DNA of 64,000 nt. It comes from Catajapyx aquilonaris. Taxonomy: Eukaryota. The stretch spans positions 248,001 to 312,000 of the forward strand of contig KZ538295.1 in assembly GCA_000934665.2 (NCBI GenBank), given 5' to 3'. Made by a program: the position numbers and the translations under genes. Shown in pieces: positions 1 through 11,742 of the stretch (its first letter is position 1; each line of letters starts with the position of its first letter). The notes below the pieces were generated by a model. It ran no database searches. It had not been told where the DNA came from and saw only the letters and a program-made list of their open reading frames with translations.

Positions 1-532
1 TATCATAGGTTAAAATATTAGCTTAATTATTATATTGTGGCCAAGTAATTGTGGAGTCGTATGAGACTTAGAAGCCTGGAGCATATACTTGATCTATTCA
101 TCTACGAAACTAGTCCTACACGGAAAAGGCATTGTGGCATAGTTCTACAGTATACTTGCGTAATGTTGCACCATGAAAGTGAATTACCACACCAAGAAGT
201 TAACCTCTGCACTTTAATTAGTAAAGAAAATGAGGCTAACTGCTGGCACAGTTTCACACATCATCCGATATGAAATTATCGACATTAATCATTGCTCTTG
301 CGCCAGCATTGTCAAAATTGATATATTCCAATTGGTTTGATCGTTTGATATGATTAAGGATTAAAGGACATAACAAAGTAATATAAGTACACATATCAAG
401 CAGAGAGGAAAAAACGCGTACAGCGACAGATAATGTAGGCTATATAAAATAATGTTAATTTTCAACACTTGTACGAGGGAAGGATATGGTAATATGGTAA
501 AAGAAATATTAAAGTAAATAAATAAATTGAGC

Positions 533-604
533 CAATTTCTACACAAATGTCGTGACATTTGTGTAGAAATTGTAGAAATCTGCATTGTTACATGTAACAA
601 TGCA
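533..604. repeat. Two adjacent palindromes
   Basis: CAATTTCTACACAAATGTC-GT-GACATTTGTGTAGAAATTG (19-bp arms, 533-572) and the perfect 24-bp palindrome TGCATTGTTACATGTAACAATGCA (581-604). Confidence 0.92.
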
Positions 605-2330
605 CATTTGACTCCGTAAAACCACGTTTAGCTTCTTGATATTATTATTATTTATATTTTATATTTATTCTGTACCGTCGTTACAACTGGCATTGAAAGA
701 GCAGTAGTTACAACCTCGCGTAATGAATTCGTCACGCTCCGTTATCCCGAGTCAAAAGGGTGGGGGTATGATGACACCCGACAATTTGTTAACGTGTAAA
801 TTTTTCGGCACCCGGTAATACCATTTGTTTCGGTCTCGCACGAGAATCCTGACCCCCGAAGTCAAGAAGAATGTGCGGGAGGCAGCTGTGACCAATCGCT
901 CTTTGGGTTGCACACCTTTTCTTCTTTCCTCCTTCTCTCTCTCCTCTCTTCNCCCCCCCTCTCTTCTAAGAGGTAATCCTTCCTGTTTTTCGGTGGGTCC
1001 AACATTTTCTTTTCTTCCGCCTTCCCGCCGCATCTCATTTCCTCTCCTGCATCCCTGTCTCCGGGTTGCTTTTCCCACAGGACCACAATAGGAAATTCCC
1101 CCCACCCCTCCCTCCTTCAGACCTCCCTATCTTTTCTTCTCCCAGAATTTCCAGACCAGTTGGGGGCTGCACAATGTTACCAACCTTCTGATCCCATTAG
1201 ACTCACCCTGTGCATCGCAATCCGGACACATACAGAGGCTTTAAAAAAAATTATAGGTGGGTTGCATACCCCTTGATTGCGGTCAATGGGGCGCGATAAA
1301 AATATGCAGCCTGGTTTGGGGGATCAAGAAGATAAATCGGTGTCCTGGGTGACAATGCTAATGTGACACTTGTGAAAATTGATTGAAACACTAGAGGGGA
1401 GGATATGTTCCCACACGTATGTGCACATATTCCCCGTTGGCAAGATTGGTCCTATAGGGAGGGGGGCTTAAGTTGGGGACAAAAGGACAAAAGCATGTAT
1501 TCTTCCGAAGGGAACCATTGACAACCTGAAGATGCAAGACGAGATTACGTTGGCGACTATACTTTAAACATATGCGGCTCTTGGAACCATTAGGGGACAA
1601 TACGACCTACAAAAAAATGTGCGCAAGTTTTCAGGACATAGTGATTGATGCTGGGATTTTTTTGAACGGCTTTGGCTATTTCGAGAGACCATTTCCTGCC
1701 AACCATTGGACCCAACCCCCTGCCCTGTTGGCGTGATTTCCTCATTTTGGTGTAATGTGGGGGAGACTTTGCGTGTTTGGATGGACAGGACAACCGGGGA
1801 AACAATGGGTCGAGTTTATTGTTCAGACCTTTTTTTATATACGGTATATTTGTTTCGAGCAGGGGGCATTGTTGGCGAATGACGTCGGGGGGATGTCCTG
1901 CGGATATTTAGGGGCACGGAGTGACACCAAGTATTCCGAATATGTAGCAACTTGGATTTTACTGGTTTGTTGTGGAATTTTATATATAAAAAAGATACAA
2001 GTATTGTCTTTTTTTTCGCTGAAAAGGAATGTCACGATGCGTTTGGTCAACTGATGCAATGCAGTAGTGAAGCACGAAACTGTTGTGTAATACGGTCGGC
2101 ATACAGGTGAAGACAGAAAATCCTAGCTTCTTGGCTCACTATCATCATACTACTAATCCCCTTATTCTTTCCGTCTGCTTATATGTCAATTTTGACTCAT
2201 CGCCTAGGTAGTTGTTACCACTTTCCACGTTCAACAATTAGAGGACATAATAGTGGTCAGCTTACCCACTTCAATGGATGCAAAACACGCGCTGGTTATA
2301 GAGCACCCTGGTGGACTTTGTCCGCGCAGA

Positions 2331-2472
2331 GACTCATCACCAACGTGCATGTATAGTACTACTTTCCCCCTGAGAGCAGCAGTAGTGTGCAGAGGGACAG
2401 CCTATGCGCCAACTGGTGGTGGCCTATCGTACTACGCCCAAGTTGAGGGGTGGACCAAGCAGTGTTGCCAGA
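2331..2472. repeat. Dispersed repeat family B, copy 1 (unclassified, probably transposon-derived)
   Basis: GACTCATCACCAACGTGC...TAGTAC...CCTGAGAGCAGCAGTAGTGTGCAGAG...GCGCCAACT...AGTGTTGCCA is collinear with 18519-18647. Confidence 0.7.
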
Positions 2473-5400
2473 ATTTGGCAACGAGCCCGCTACTAGTTAC
2501 ACAATGGCAGCGACAGTTAACAAATAAGACAATTACATCACACATTCTATATAGCTCTTCCAGATATCGCATTGTTTATTGTCACGATTTTCCTCTGGCA
2601 TCTGAAACATCTCATGTTCAGCATGTCTAGACCCTCAGGAGCCTTTGTCATTATATTATCGGGGCACGTCATTTACTCGTCTGCATTATTCGCAGTCTCC
2701 ATATAATATAGTTGGGCCCTTCCCATTATTGCAATGTCTACAGTGCGTGTTGCGATTTAAACAGCTGGTGTAACTATTGTCGAGCTGTAAAATGTATGTT
2801 TGTTGGAGGAATAAAAGACCCCGCTGCAGAGGAACATGCAGAAAAATAATTCTGGGCTGCCTGTTTTGCATGGTGATGCCGTCTAACTACAGCCCGAGAG
2901 AGAGGATGAGTATCATACGTGGGTAATACTAGAATGAACTCTAGGGCGACCCTAACAAACGAAGAGAGCTGACCAGTTCTGTACACAGCAGGCACACCAC
3001 ATTTAAAACAAAACGTGCCCTAAGGGACGCAAATAAAGCGAGTGTCTCTGGGCCGGAACAAAACGCTGGGGCTAACTGTAGCTACCTGAAAGCTAATGTC
3101 ATCCACGTTGGCGCGGCAAGGAAAAGGGTCAGGATGAATGGAAACGCGAAAAATAATAGGACCCATGCAAGGCCCAGTCTTTTTGGCGGGGGGGAAGCAA
3201 CACTAGCCCTCCCCCGAAAACTGGCGGGGGGAAAATTTTCAATGGGGAGAACTAACCCCCTCTCTCGAAAAGCCAAGAGCATGCGATGAATAGGTTGTTC
3301 CGGCCATCACGAGTTTCCATTGCAGACAATCGTAACTTTACGAGCCTCTAATGAACAAACATTTGCGAGAGAGTCTTTTTTTAGGACTCCTAAGCGGCCA
3401 TTGTTGGGTGGAGGATTTTTCTGGGGCTGCCCATTTGTCCTTTTTTTTTTCTTTTTTTTTGGGATGGTGCCAATGGACAAGTCAAATGTTTCGAGCTGGT
3501 ATGAATCACTGAGTAAGCAACAATGCTGGGGAAGGGGACAAAAGATGTGTCCAGGGTCCCGATTGATTATGTCAACCTGGAAGCTAAGCAGGTCACTTTC
3601 ATCTCGGGCTATAGGGATAGATTTCAATCCGGAGCCAAGTCATTAATAGATGATAAGTGCTTGCTCATACCAGAAGCATCAGTCAATGTCGGGATATATC
3701 GGAGGGAGTTGATAGATACGATAAGTTCATGTATAGACATTATTTAGCACAAAAATTGGACGCAAAATATTTATGCAATTGTTCAATATGTCACATCGAA
3801 AAAAAAAGTCATTTTCAGATCCAATTTCAGCAAAGTTTTAAATCCGTTCTGAGAAATGAGTAGGAAAAGACACGGGGTTTAAAATGTCATCGGATTGTCC
3901 CCAACCAGGCCTCCAGAGGCAAGCAATTTGTATTGATAATGAATTATTGATTGTTTGCCTTTTATAATAGCTGTAGAGAGAGGAGGGGCTGGCGAAGGGA
4001 TGTATCTCTCACGATCCGTGTCGAGCTCCCCCGATTATTCCTGCTGGGGCCTCATTAATCACCAAAAACCTCCCCGCCAATGTCGGTATCGCTTAAAGCA
4101 AAGTCGATATGAGGCCATCTAACTTTCTGCACTTTCCCCCAAAAAAGTGTGGCCATTTGCGCCTAAATCCGCCACACAAAAATTTTTTATCACCTATTGA
4201 TTACAAAAAAAAGTTTGAGCACCTACTGATTTCAAATTGGCCTGCAATTTATTTCTAATCTGCAAATTTCTGCTAGTAATCGTCATAATGAGGTGTATAG
4301 TTAAATCCACCTTAGCGAACCATGTGGAAAACGTCCCGCAGTACAAGACAGAGGGAGTGTCCATCCCGGGCATCATGATCGATGGTCCAGGACAATACCG
4401 AACGGACCATGGGAAGGTAGCCAACCAGCACAATGTGTATAAGAAAAGAAAGAAGAAGGTCCATGTGACGCAATGACCGAATGGACAAAACTTTGAAAAG
4501 CCAACCCGTGGGATAGTTTCTTCGGTAGCTGAGGGACCAAAAGAGTTGCTGGTCAGCAAAGAGTCCACTCTCACACACAGAGAGAGCGCACACATACTAC
4601 TGTGCATTGCACACACAAAGGCGGATTATGTCCCTGAGGGGGCCCATCGGGACGCCTTCCTTCCAAGTGACTCGCTCGCATTGTTGTCACCTTCCTTTCA
4701 CACCCAGTCCTCCGCAACAGGTTTTCGAAGCCATTTATCACCCATACTTCACACATCCCCCAAGCAGGACCCTTAATTGTTTGAGGCGACAAGAGGCAGG
4801 GCCCTACTTTGAAAAAGGTGCTTATGTCACTGTTTGCTACCGGCTACTGGCATTGCTGCCAACAATTATTGGTACGTCCGGTGGTGACGTGGCAGGTTTC
4901 ATTGCCCTCCAAAAAGTGGCAGCAGCATCCATTCTGGAGATGGTGTAGGGGGCCAATAAGCCAAATGGATGCTGGCGGGAGAGATTAATCTATACGTCCA
5001 GCATTGTGAAGGCGGACATTGAAAATACGGGCGTATTATTCCCTACGGATCCGGTTGTTTCCGGGGTAATGGAGCAAGGGGGGAAATTGATCGGAAAAAA
5101 TTACCCTGCGCAAAATATATTTCGAGCCACAAGACAAGCAATCTGTGTATAGGAAACCCCCTTGGTTCCCATGATGGCAGCTCTCCTAAACAAACACACC
5201 GCACACCCAAAAGAGCTTTTCTTCTGTCCAGCAAAAGACGAGAAAAAAAAGCATCACAGGGAAGAGCGAATCTTGCTAGACAAGCGGCTTTATCGGTGAG
5301 CACAAAGAGGAAGAAGGGGCCACAAAGGCTCCTCGAAAATGGTGATTGTGCTCTTGGGATAAAAAGAGGTGGGAGGGGGGGAGACCCTGCATTGTGACCC

Positions 5401-6283
5401 CCCCAAAAGGACAGGACCCGCATTGTGTGGCCACCTACCAAATTGCTTTACAAATCTTTCCGATTCCGGTCATTCGACACTGGACCGTAAGCTTCAACTC
5501 TTCTTACATCTTTTTGGGGACTATGATCATTTGAGTGTGGGTGGCAATCAGCACTTGCCATCAATTAAGATAATGGATCTATTTCCGGATCCAATTCTGG
5601 AAAATGCAACTCCATTACCATAACTATGTCCGGCCCATAAACTGGGGGTCCATTGTTAGCTGCCTTGTAAATATGATAGGGCCCGAGAGAGGGAGACCTT
5701 AACACAAAAAGAAGTGTCGATTTGTTATAGCAGCAGCAGGGACACAGCGGAAGTATTCTCTCAGTCCCTCCGGACAAAAGAGACCGTAAGAGCAAAGCAA
5801 TGGGCCTCTGAAAAGAATGTCGCACGGCTGAATAAAGCTCGTTTAAGCTTCCACCCACCATCCGGTCCCTTTTTGCAAAAAGATGCTGCACCCGGAGACA
5901 CTCTCTTTTTCCGGAGAAGATTAGTAGGCCATCCGGAGAGGGGGAGAAAATAAACAAAAGAGGCAACAACACATTTTCTTGTCCTTTTTTTCCCCCCTCC
6001 TCCCCTTTTTTTATTGTTGGAGAGGTCGACACTGCAACACATGTACTGGTAATATATTGCCAAGCGGGGCATGTCGAGCTGATTTCTGCCTTTTGGCAAG
6101 ACCCGGAGTCTAAAATAGAGTCCGGGTGTGGTGTGCCAGAGAGAGTATAGAGATAGGTCTATTCTACTACAAGTTGTGGGGGTCTGAGATAAAAACTGTT
6201 TGAAACTGTACGTGCTATTAAGTAACTAAGTAAGTCAAACTTGTCAGTATGTATAAGTTAGGTTATGAGCTTATATGTAAATA

Positions 6284-6510
6284 CTAGCAGGAGACCCGTT
6301 CTTCGCACGGTTGATAGCAATTGCCGCAATGAGAGATGAAACTTCATGAAAAAAATCATCAATTTTGGATATTTAGATGTTAAAAAAGTGCAGTAATTTT
6401 CCTCTAATCAGCGGCATGTAAGACGTCAGTGTGCCAAGTTTTAGCACTCTCAGTACATCGGAAGTAGGTTAGACACCCCGAACATACGGACAAACTTTGT
6501 GCATTATACA
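6284..6510 (-). mobile_element. Non-autonomous Helitron-like element, family A copy 1
   Basis: The minus strand ends CCGTGCGAAGAACGG (subterminal hairpin), an 8-nt spacer, then CTAG followed by T. The 5' part (TATAATGCACAAAGTTTGTCCGTATGT...AGAGTGCTAAAACTTGGCACACTGACGTC) aligns by eye to the copies at 14258 and 44284. The 5' boundary is approximate. Confidence 0.75.
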
Positions 6511-8284
6511 TGTGCGAATATTTTGACATAAAAATTGTGACAATGCAGTTTGAATTAAAACGAAATTGTTTCATCCTGTCGAGTATGCAACCCAAATGGC
6601 TTAGTTTGACTGCGTGGTTTTCTGGATTCCGGGCGTTGCTTTGCATTTCCATATGTATACGCGACCCCAATTTCAGGGGGTCCTTTCCATTTTGAGCCAG
6701 GGCACACTGTGCAAATTGGATCCCTGACCACCCAGGATATGTTAGAAGGCAACTACACCATTTCAATTTCCTCCCCCTCCCCCCTCCCTCTCTCTCTCTC
6801 TGTACTCTGGGGTTGAGAACACTGAGCGAATCCTGCATGCTGAAATCGCCCGGGAGACCATTGGGTTTTCTCTTTGTCCATAGGGCGCCCAAGGGGTTTG
6901 CTTCGGCCATTGTTGGGCCATTTAGACAACACAATTACTAAAATGTTGACTCGGCTGAAACCTGCGGAGGGACGTTGTGTTTAGAGAGAAAGGTAAGGAA
7001 CCAATAGAGAAATTATGTCTACTTTTATTAATTTCTTGCAGGGGGAAGAATATGGCGGAAATGCGGATTGATGACTGACCCAGTTTGAAGGGGGGAAAAG
7101 GGGGGGGGGGGATATTTTGAACGGAAATCAATTTCAGCAAATTGGAGCTTCTGCCACCACTGACAGAGTGAGGAAACTTTGCGAGAAAATTGCTGGACAC
7201 ATCAGCGTGCTTTTTATTCAAACGGCCCTGCAAAATATGAAATATGTTTTGTGCTGTTATCTATAGATAATACTAGGATCAATCTAGATTATACTTGGAT
7301 CAATTTTTGTGTGGTAATTATTGACACAATATTAGAAATCTTTTCATTTTAATTAGTGGATGTCACTACACTGTGATAATACGCTAATATTTATGGTCAA
7401 TTGTGATCTTCGTTGCCTGGCCAAAACCACACGGTTGACAGATTTTCTGAATCTCCCCCACAGCACTCTCTGAGAATTTCTCTTCCATATACCCCGTCCG
7501 CAGCTTTGCATTTTTCTCTTCCCCCAGCCCCTCCCTTACTTCCTCCTTTTTTTTCATTTCGGACCGGCAAGGTAAATGTCGCCTCCTCTTTGATGTCGGT
7601 CTACCCCAATTAGCCACCGCGACATTCTATTTATTCAACAATAGTTGGAAAACCCGGAGTTACTTTGAAATTTGTCGAGGAGGTGTTTGTTCAAGCCATG
7701 TTTGCAATATTGTTTGCGTACCCGGAGCACTTTTACACAATCTGAGATAATTCCTTTTTACATGAGGGGGTTCGGGAACCAAGGGTTTTTCTGAAGGGGG
7801 GGTTTGGATGAGTATATTTTTTTTATTCGTGTTGAAGGGGGGGGGGGGGGTAGTATTTGTCTACTTTAGCTAAGAGGAGGGATAGGGGTGGTTACCGTGG
7901 ATAGTAGTGAGGGTGGGGGTGGAGAGGATTCACAAAAGGCAAATAGGCAAAGGGAACAAACGCCTTGCAGGCTTTCCCTTCCGATTTCCTTTGATGTGCG
8001 CTAACCAGATGAGGTTCCCTGAGCGTCACGGGAAAACCGACGGTGGGCCAACTGACTCGGAAAAGGAAGGGCTTTTTCACTTCCCCCAATTGACATTGTG
8101 CGGGGAGGGAAGGGGGGGGGGGGTTAGGGGCTTAGGCATGTGCAGGGACGACGGATTGTTGCCTATCGAATTACCCCCGGCTTATTTGCATGCACCAAAA
8201 TTTTCTTTTTCTTACGGGGAAAAAATCCGCATAGATTTATGTGGCCACATTGAATTTTATTTGCAGTCGGGAAAAAAATTGTAG

Positions 8285-8920
8285 AAATTCACACTGCATT
8301 TTTTTTGTACAACAGTGGCTGGATTTTACTGCCTCAAATTATTTACATGCATGTTTTGAAACATTTTTTTCTCGATTTTACGAATTTTGAGCCCAATTGA
8401 ATTTTTTCGTAGGGTTTGCAGCAATAAATAGTTATTTTTCGTGCAGTATCTGCCTCAATTTTTTCTAGGGATTGCCACAATGGGGGGGAGAGAAATTGCT
8501 TGTATATTGCTTCAAATTTTTAATAAGAAAAATATTTGTTGCTCTTCATTTTTCCCCCCCTTCATATGTGGTCGTGAATATTACATCGTCTGATGCTTGG
8601 AGGGAAAAGGGGGTATAAATCCACACTGAATTTTTGGTACAAAAAGTGGCTAGATTTTACAGTTTTGAAATATTTTTTCACTTACAATATTTTGAAACAT
8701 TCGATCTAACGAATTTTTCCCAAGTGAATTTTCACATGGTGTTTGCAGCAATGAATATGCTTTCGTGCATGAAAAATCGTAGAATTTGCCTTAATTTTTT
8801 CTATGGTTTCCACAGGGGGGGGGGGGGTGTCAGATGGACTTATTATGATTTTTTCTGTGCTTTTGATTTCTTTTTCTTTTTCATATGATGAAGTTGTGAA
8901 TATTACACTGTCTGATGCTT
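8285..8920. repeat. Diverged tandem duplication, unit about 330 bp
   Basis: 8285-8598 and 8617-8920 share ordered anchors: CACACTG, AGTGGCT.GATTTTAC, TTTTGAAACATT, ACGAATTTT, GTTTGCAGCAAT, TTTCGTGCA, a poly-G run, TTCATATG, GTGAATATTACA, GTCTGATGCTT. Confidence 0.8.
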
Positions 8921-10656
8921 ATCAGTTTGCTTCGGGTCCGCAACTTGCTAGAGGAGTTGGGCTGGCCAGTAGCGCCATCATGTCTGGGGTATTGGAACTT
9001 GCTCCATTCACAACATCCCCGGGTTGGGTTGAAGAGCTCTGAGGGAGTTGGTGGGGGGAATGGGGATGGATGATCCACAACGGGGAGTTCTGAAACATGG
9101 CCATCGGCATTCATAGATGTGTCAAATGGCTACGGGCAGGGAAGGGGCCGCCGCCAGTCAGCCAGCTTGTCAAACGGAGAGAGAGGGCCACAGGTGATGG
9201 TTTTTTTCTCCCCCCAGACAGTTTCCATGGGACAACCGGCAAGTTTAGGCTATTAGAAAATTGGCCCCACATTTCTAAAATCATTTAAAAAAAATCATGC
9301 ATGAGTTTGGAACACTTCTGTCAATATTGTGTGCAACTTTTCATTCACCCTGCACCCGAAAATATGTCACGTCCATTCATCCTAATATTTCATTCCTAAA
9401 GCCAGTCTGGAAGCAATGCGCCTGGAAAAACTATACCCGCGACGAATAATGGGTTGTGTCTGTCTATGGCGCCTTGGAGAACTTTTAAAAAAAAATAAAG
9501 AAAAGGTTCACGGGACATCGCGACATTGGAAACACGTGTTGGGGGGACTGTCATATTTTAACAGCAATGAGAAGTGTGTTGCGGCTCCTTCCTCGCCACA
9601 TATCTTTCTATTTTTTCCCCCCCTTCCCTAACCCACCACCCAACCCCATCCATGAAGCCTGCATGGCTAAAAGGAAAGATGAGCTATAAGGTCCATTGGG
9701 AAGCTGGGGAGAAGAGAGAAAAAAAACGCATTTTTGTATGGATGGGGGGAAGGGTCCTTTTGGACCTTTGTGACCGACCATACCGCTTCTGAGTTCGATG
9801 AGGTGTGTGTCTCCTCCGAGATGAGTCAATTCCACGTCGCTAACAGTCTGGATCAGATTGTCGGGCATGACCGCTCCGTTTGAATTTTGTATGCTGCTGC
9901 TTCCTAAAACGAGAACACGAAAAAAGAAAGAAAGAACATATCTCTTCCAGGGTATTAATCTTAAGGCATTATTTCAGATCCCTTTTCTTAGGGTGCAGTA
10001 AGCCATACTGTTTGGAAAATAGTGAGAGGGGGTGGGGGGAAAGAGAGGAAAAGGGTATTTTTGGAGAAGAAAGATTAATTTGTTTTGCCTAAGCGCCGAC
10101 ACTAACAAAAAACCTGGAAAAGGACGCATAATTTTGGCATTCAATATGCTGTGATAGAAATCATATTTGACACTGGGGCATTGTTACGTGCAATTTCTGT
10201 TGTGTTCTTTGGTATTATTGTTAGTAGGTGCGCCTTATACAGTATGCTGGACATTAATAGTGGCGCCACTAGCTTTCGTTAATATCGACCATCGACCCTC
10301 TGTAAAGGACATTTCGATTCGCTCTTTTGCCTCTGTAGGCTCGTGGCGCCACAAGTAATGTCTAGTACTGTACAATAAGGTATTGACCTTCCAATGTAGA
10401 AACTCTTGCATACACTGCGTATATATATCCATTCTACATGCTCGGTACAATCGTATATATAAGAGAAGCCCTGACTAGCTTCACAATGGGCACCTTTTAT
10501 AGCAGGGAAGCGGGGGCCAGGCCTCTTCATGTTCAATTACAGCTTATTCTGGCAAGCAAAGAAAAGGAAGAGGGAGATACAAGAGCAAGAAAGGAGGTCT
10601 CAAAGAAACAATAACCAGGCCGAGGTCCTGACAACGGCAACGACAATGAAAAGCTC

Positions 10657-10679
10657 GAGAGAGAGAGAGAGAGAGAGAG
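10657..10679. repeat. (GA)11 microsatellite
   Basis: Read directly from the sequence. Confidence 0.95.
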
Positions 10680-11720
10680 GAAGAAGGAAGTGGCTCCACT
10701 GCTTGCTTGCCCGGTTCTTTTCTTTCCTCCTCAGTTAGGTTGCTTCAAATTGTGGGCTTTCAGATTTGATTGAAGCAGGCAGTAGCAGGGACCATGGAAA
10801 AAAAAGAAGAAGAAAAAAGAGGGGGAGAAGGTTGTGTTCCGGACAGTTTGGAAGAGCAGCTTCCAAGTTTAATAAGAGAGAGGGACACACAAGCAGGACA
10901 GCAAAAAAAAAAATCAAACAAAAATATTGAAAATTAAAGGCTAGTGTTTTTGGTGTATATACACACAGAAATGTGTTCGTTATGGGTTTGTTTTCCAACA
11001 TGCGGAAGTTCTTATTCAATTGGGCTTGTTCCCCGAAATATAAGGGAGGAAAACAGCTAGATCAAAGGGTGCTGGGAAGGACACAAAAAAGTGGGTATTA
11101 GATCCAGATAATTAAGGCCTTGCATTCTTTCCTTCTGAGGGAGTAATCATAATTGGTGCTTTCCGGTGGCTGAGGGGGAACTGCTGGGGTAAATTGAAAA
11201 TGTAACTCGCACGTCAGTATCTACGTAGAGGTTTATATAATACAGGGTCCAGCGCTTTTGGAAAAGGGCAGGAGGGGTGGGGGGAGGAAAAAAAAAAAGA
11301 ATGGCCGGCAGAAAATTTCCCGGGCGGCTATTTTATGAAAGTTTTGTTTGGGCAGGCTTTTATTTTAACCTAATTTTTTAGGCCTGGAGAAGGCTCCCNG
11401 GGGGGGTTAGTAGGGGGAGGGGGAGGGGGGGGGCACAAAAGGCACGGGACAAAAGCCAGTAATGAGTTTCGAAGGAAAATCATCTTCCATTGTCATATAA
11501 TTCCACGCCATTGTCTGGAGTCCGAGAGCAGTGGGGGTCTCCACTATAATATGTAATTGGCAATGGCACAATTGGAGAGAGTATACGGGCTGCTTTGTGC
11601 AAGTGACTTGGGGAAAATTGCCACCGCCGCCTCCGTGCGTCGACTCCACCTCCCCTCTACCACCCCCATGGGTCTGTCGGATTGATATGTTAACCGGTGG
11701 ACCCTTTAAGTCTGGAAGTG

Positions 11721-11742
11721 ATGAAGTTATGAAACACCCTGT
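11721..11742. mobile_element. Solo terminal inverted repeat of the CAGGGTG family
   Basis: TGAAGTTATGAAACACCCTG|TA is a close reverse complement of TA|CAGGGTGCTTCATAACGCTTCA at 22780-22803. No partner end was recognised nearby. Confidence 0.45.

Noticed and set aside
533..572. AATTTCTAC...GTAGA resemblance to a Cas12a direct repeat
   Set aside because: Single occurrence, no spacers, no cas genes and a eukaryotic context. It is a palindrome arm.
4312..4464. 50-aa minus-strand ORF with a signal-peptide-like N-terminus (MDLLLSFLIHIVLVG...)
   Set aside because: The hydrophobic start is just the complement of an AAG-rich tract. There is no homology or gene-structure support.
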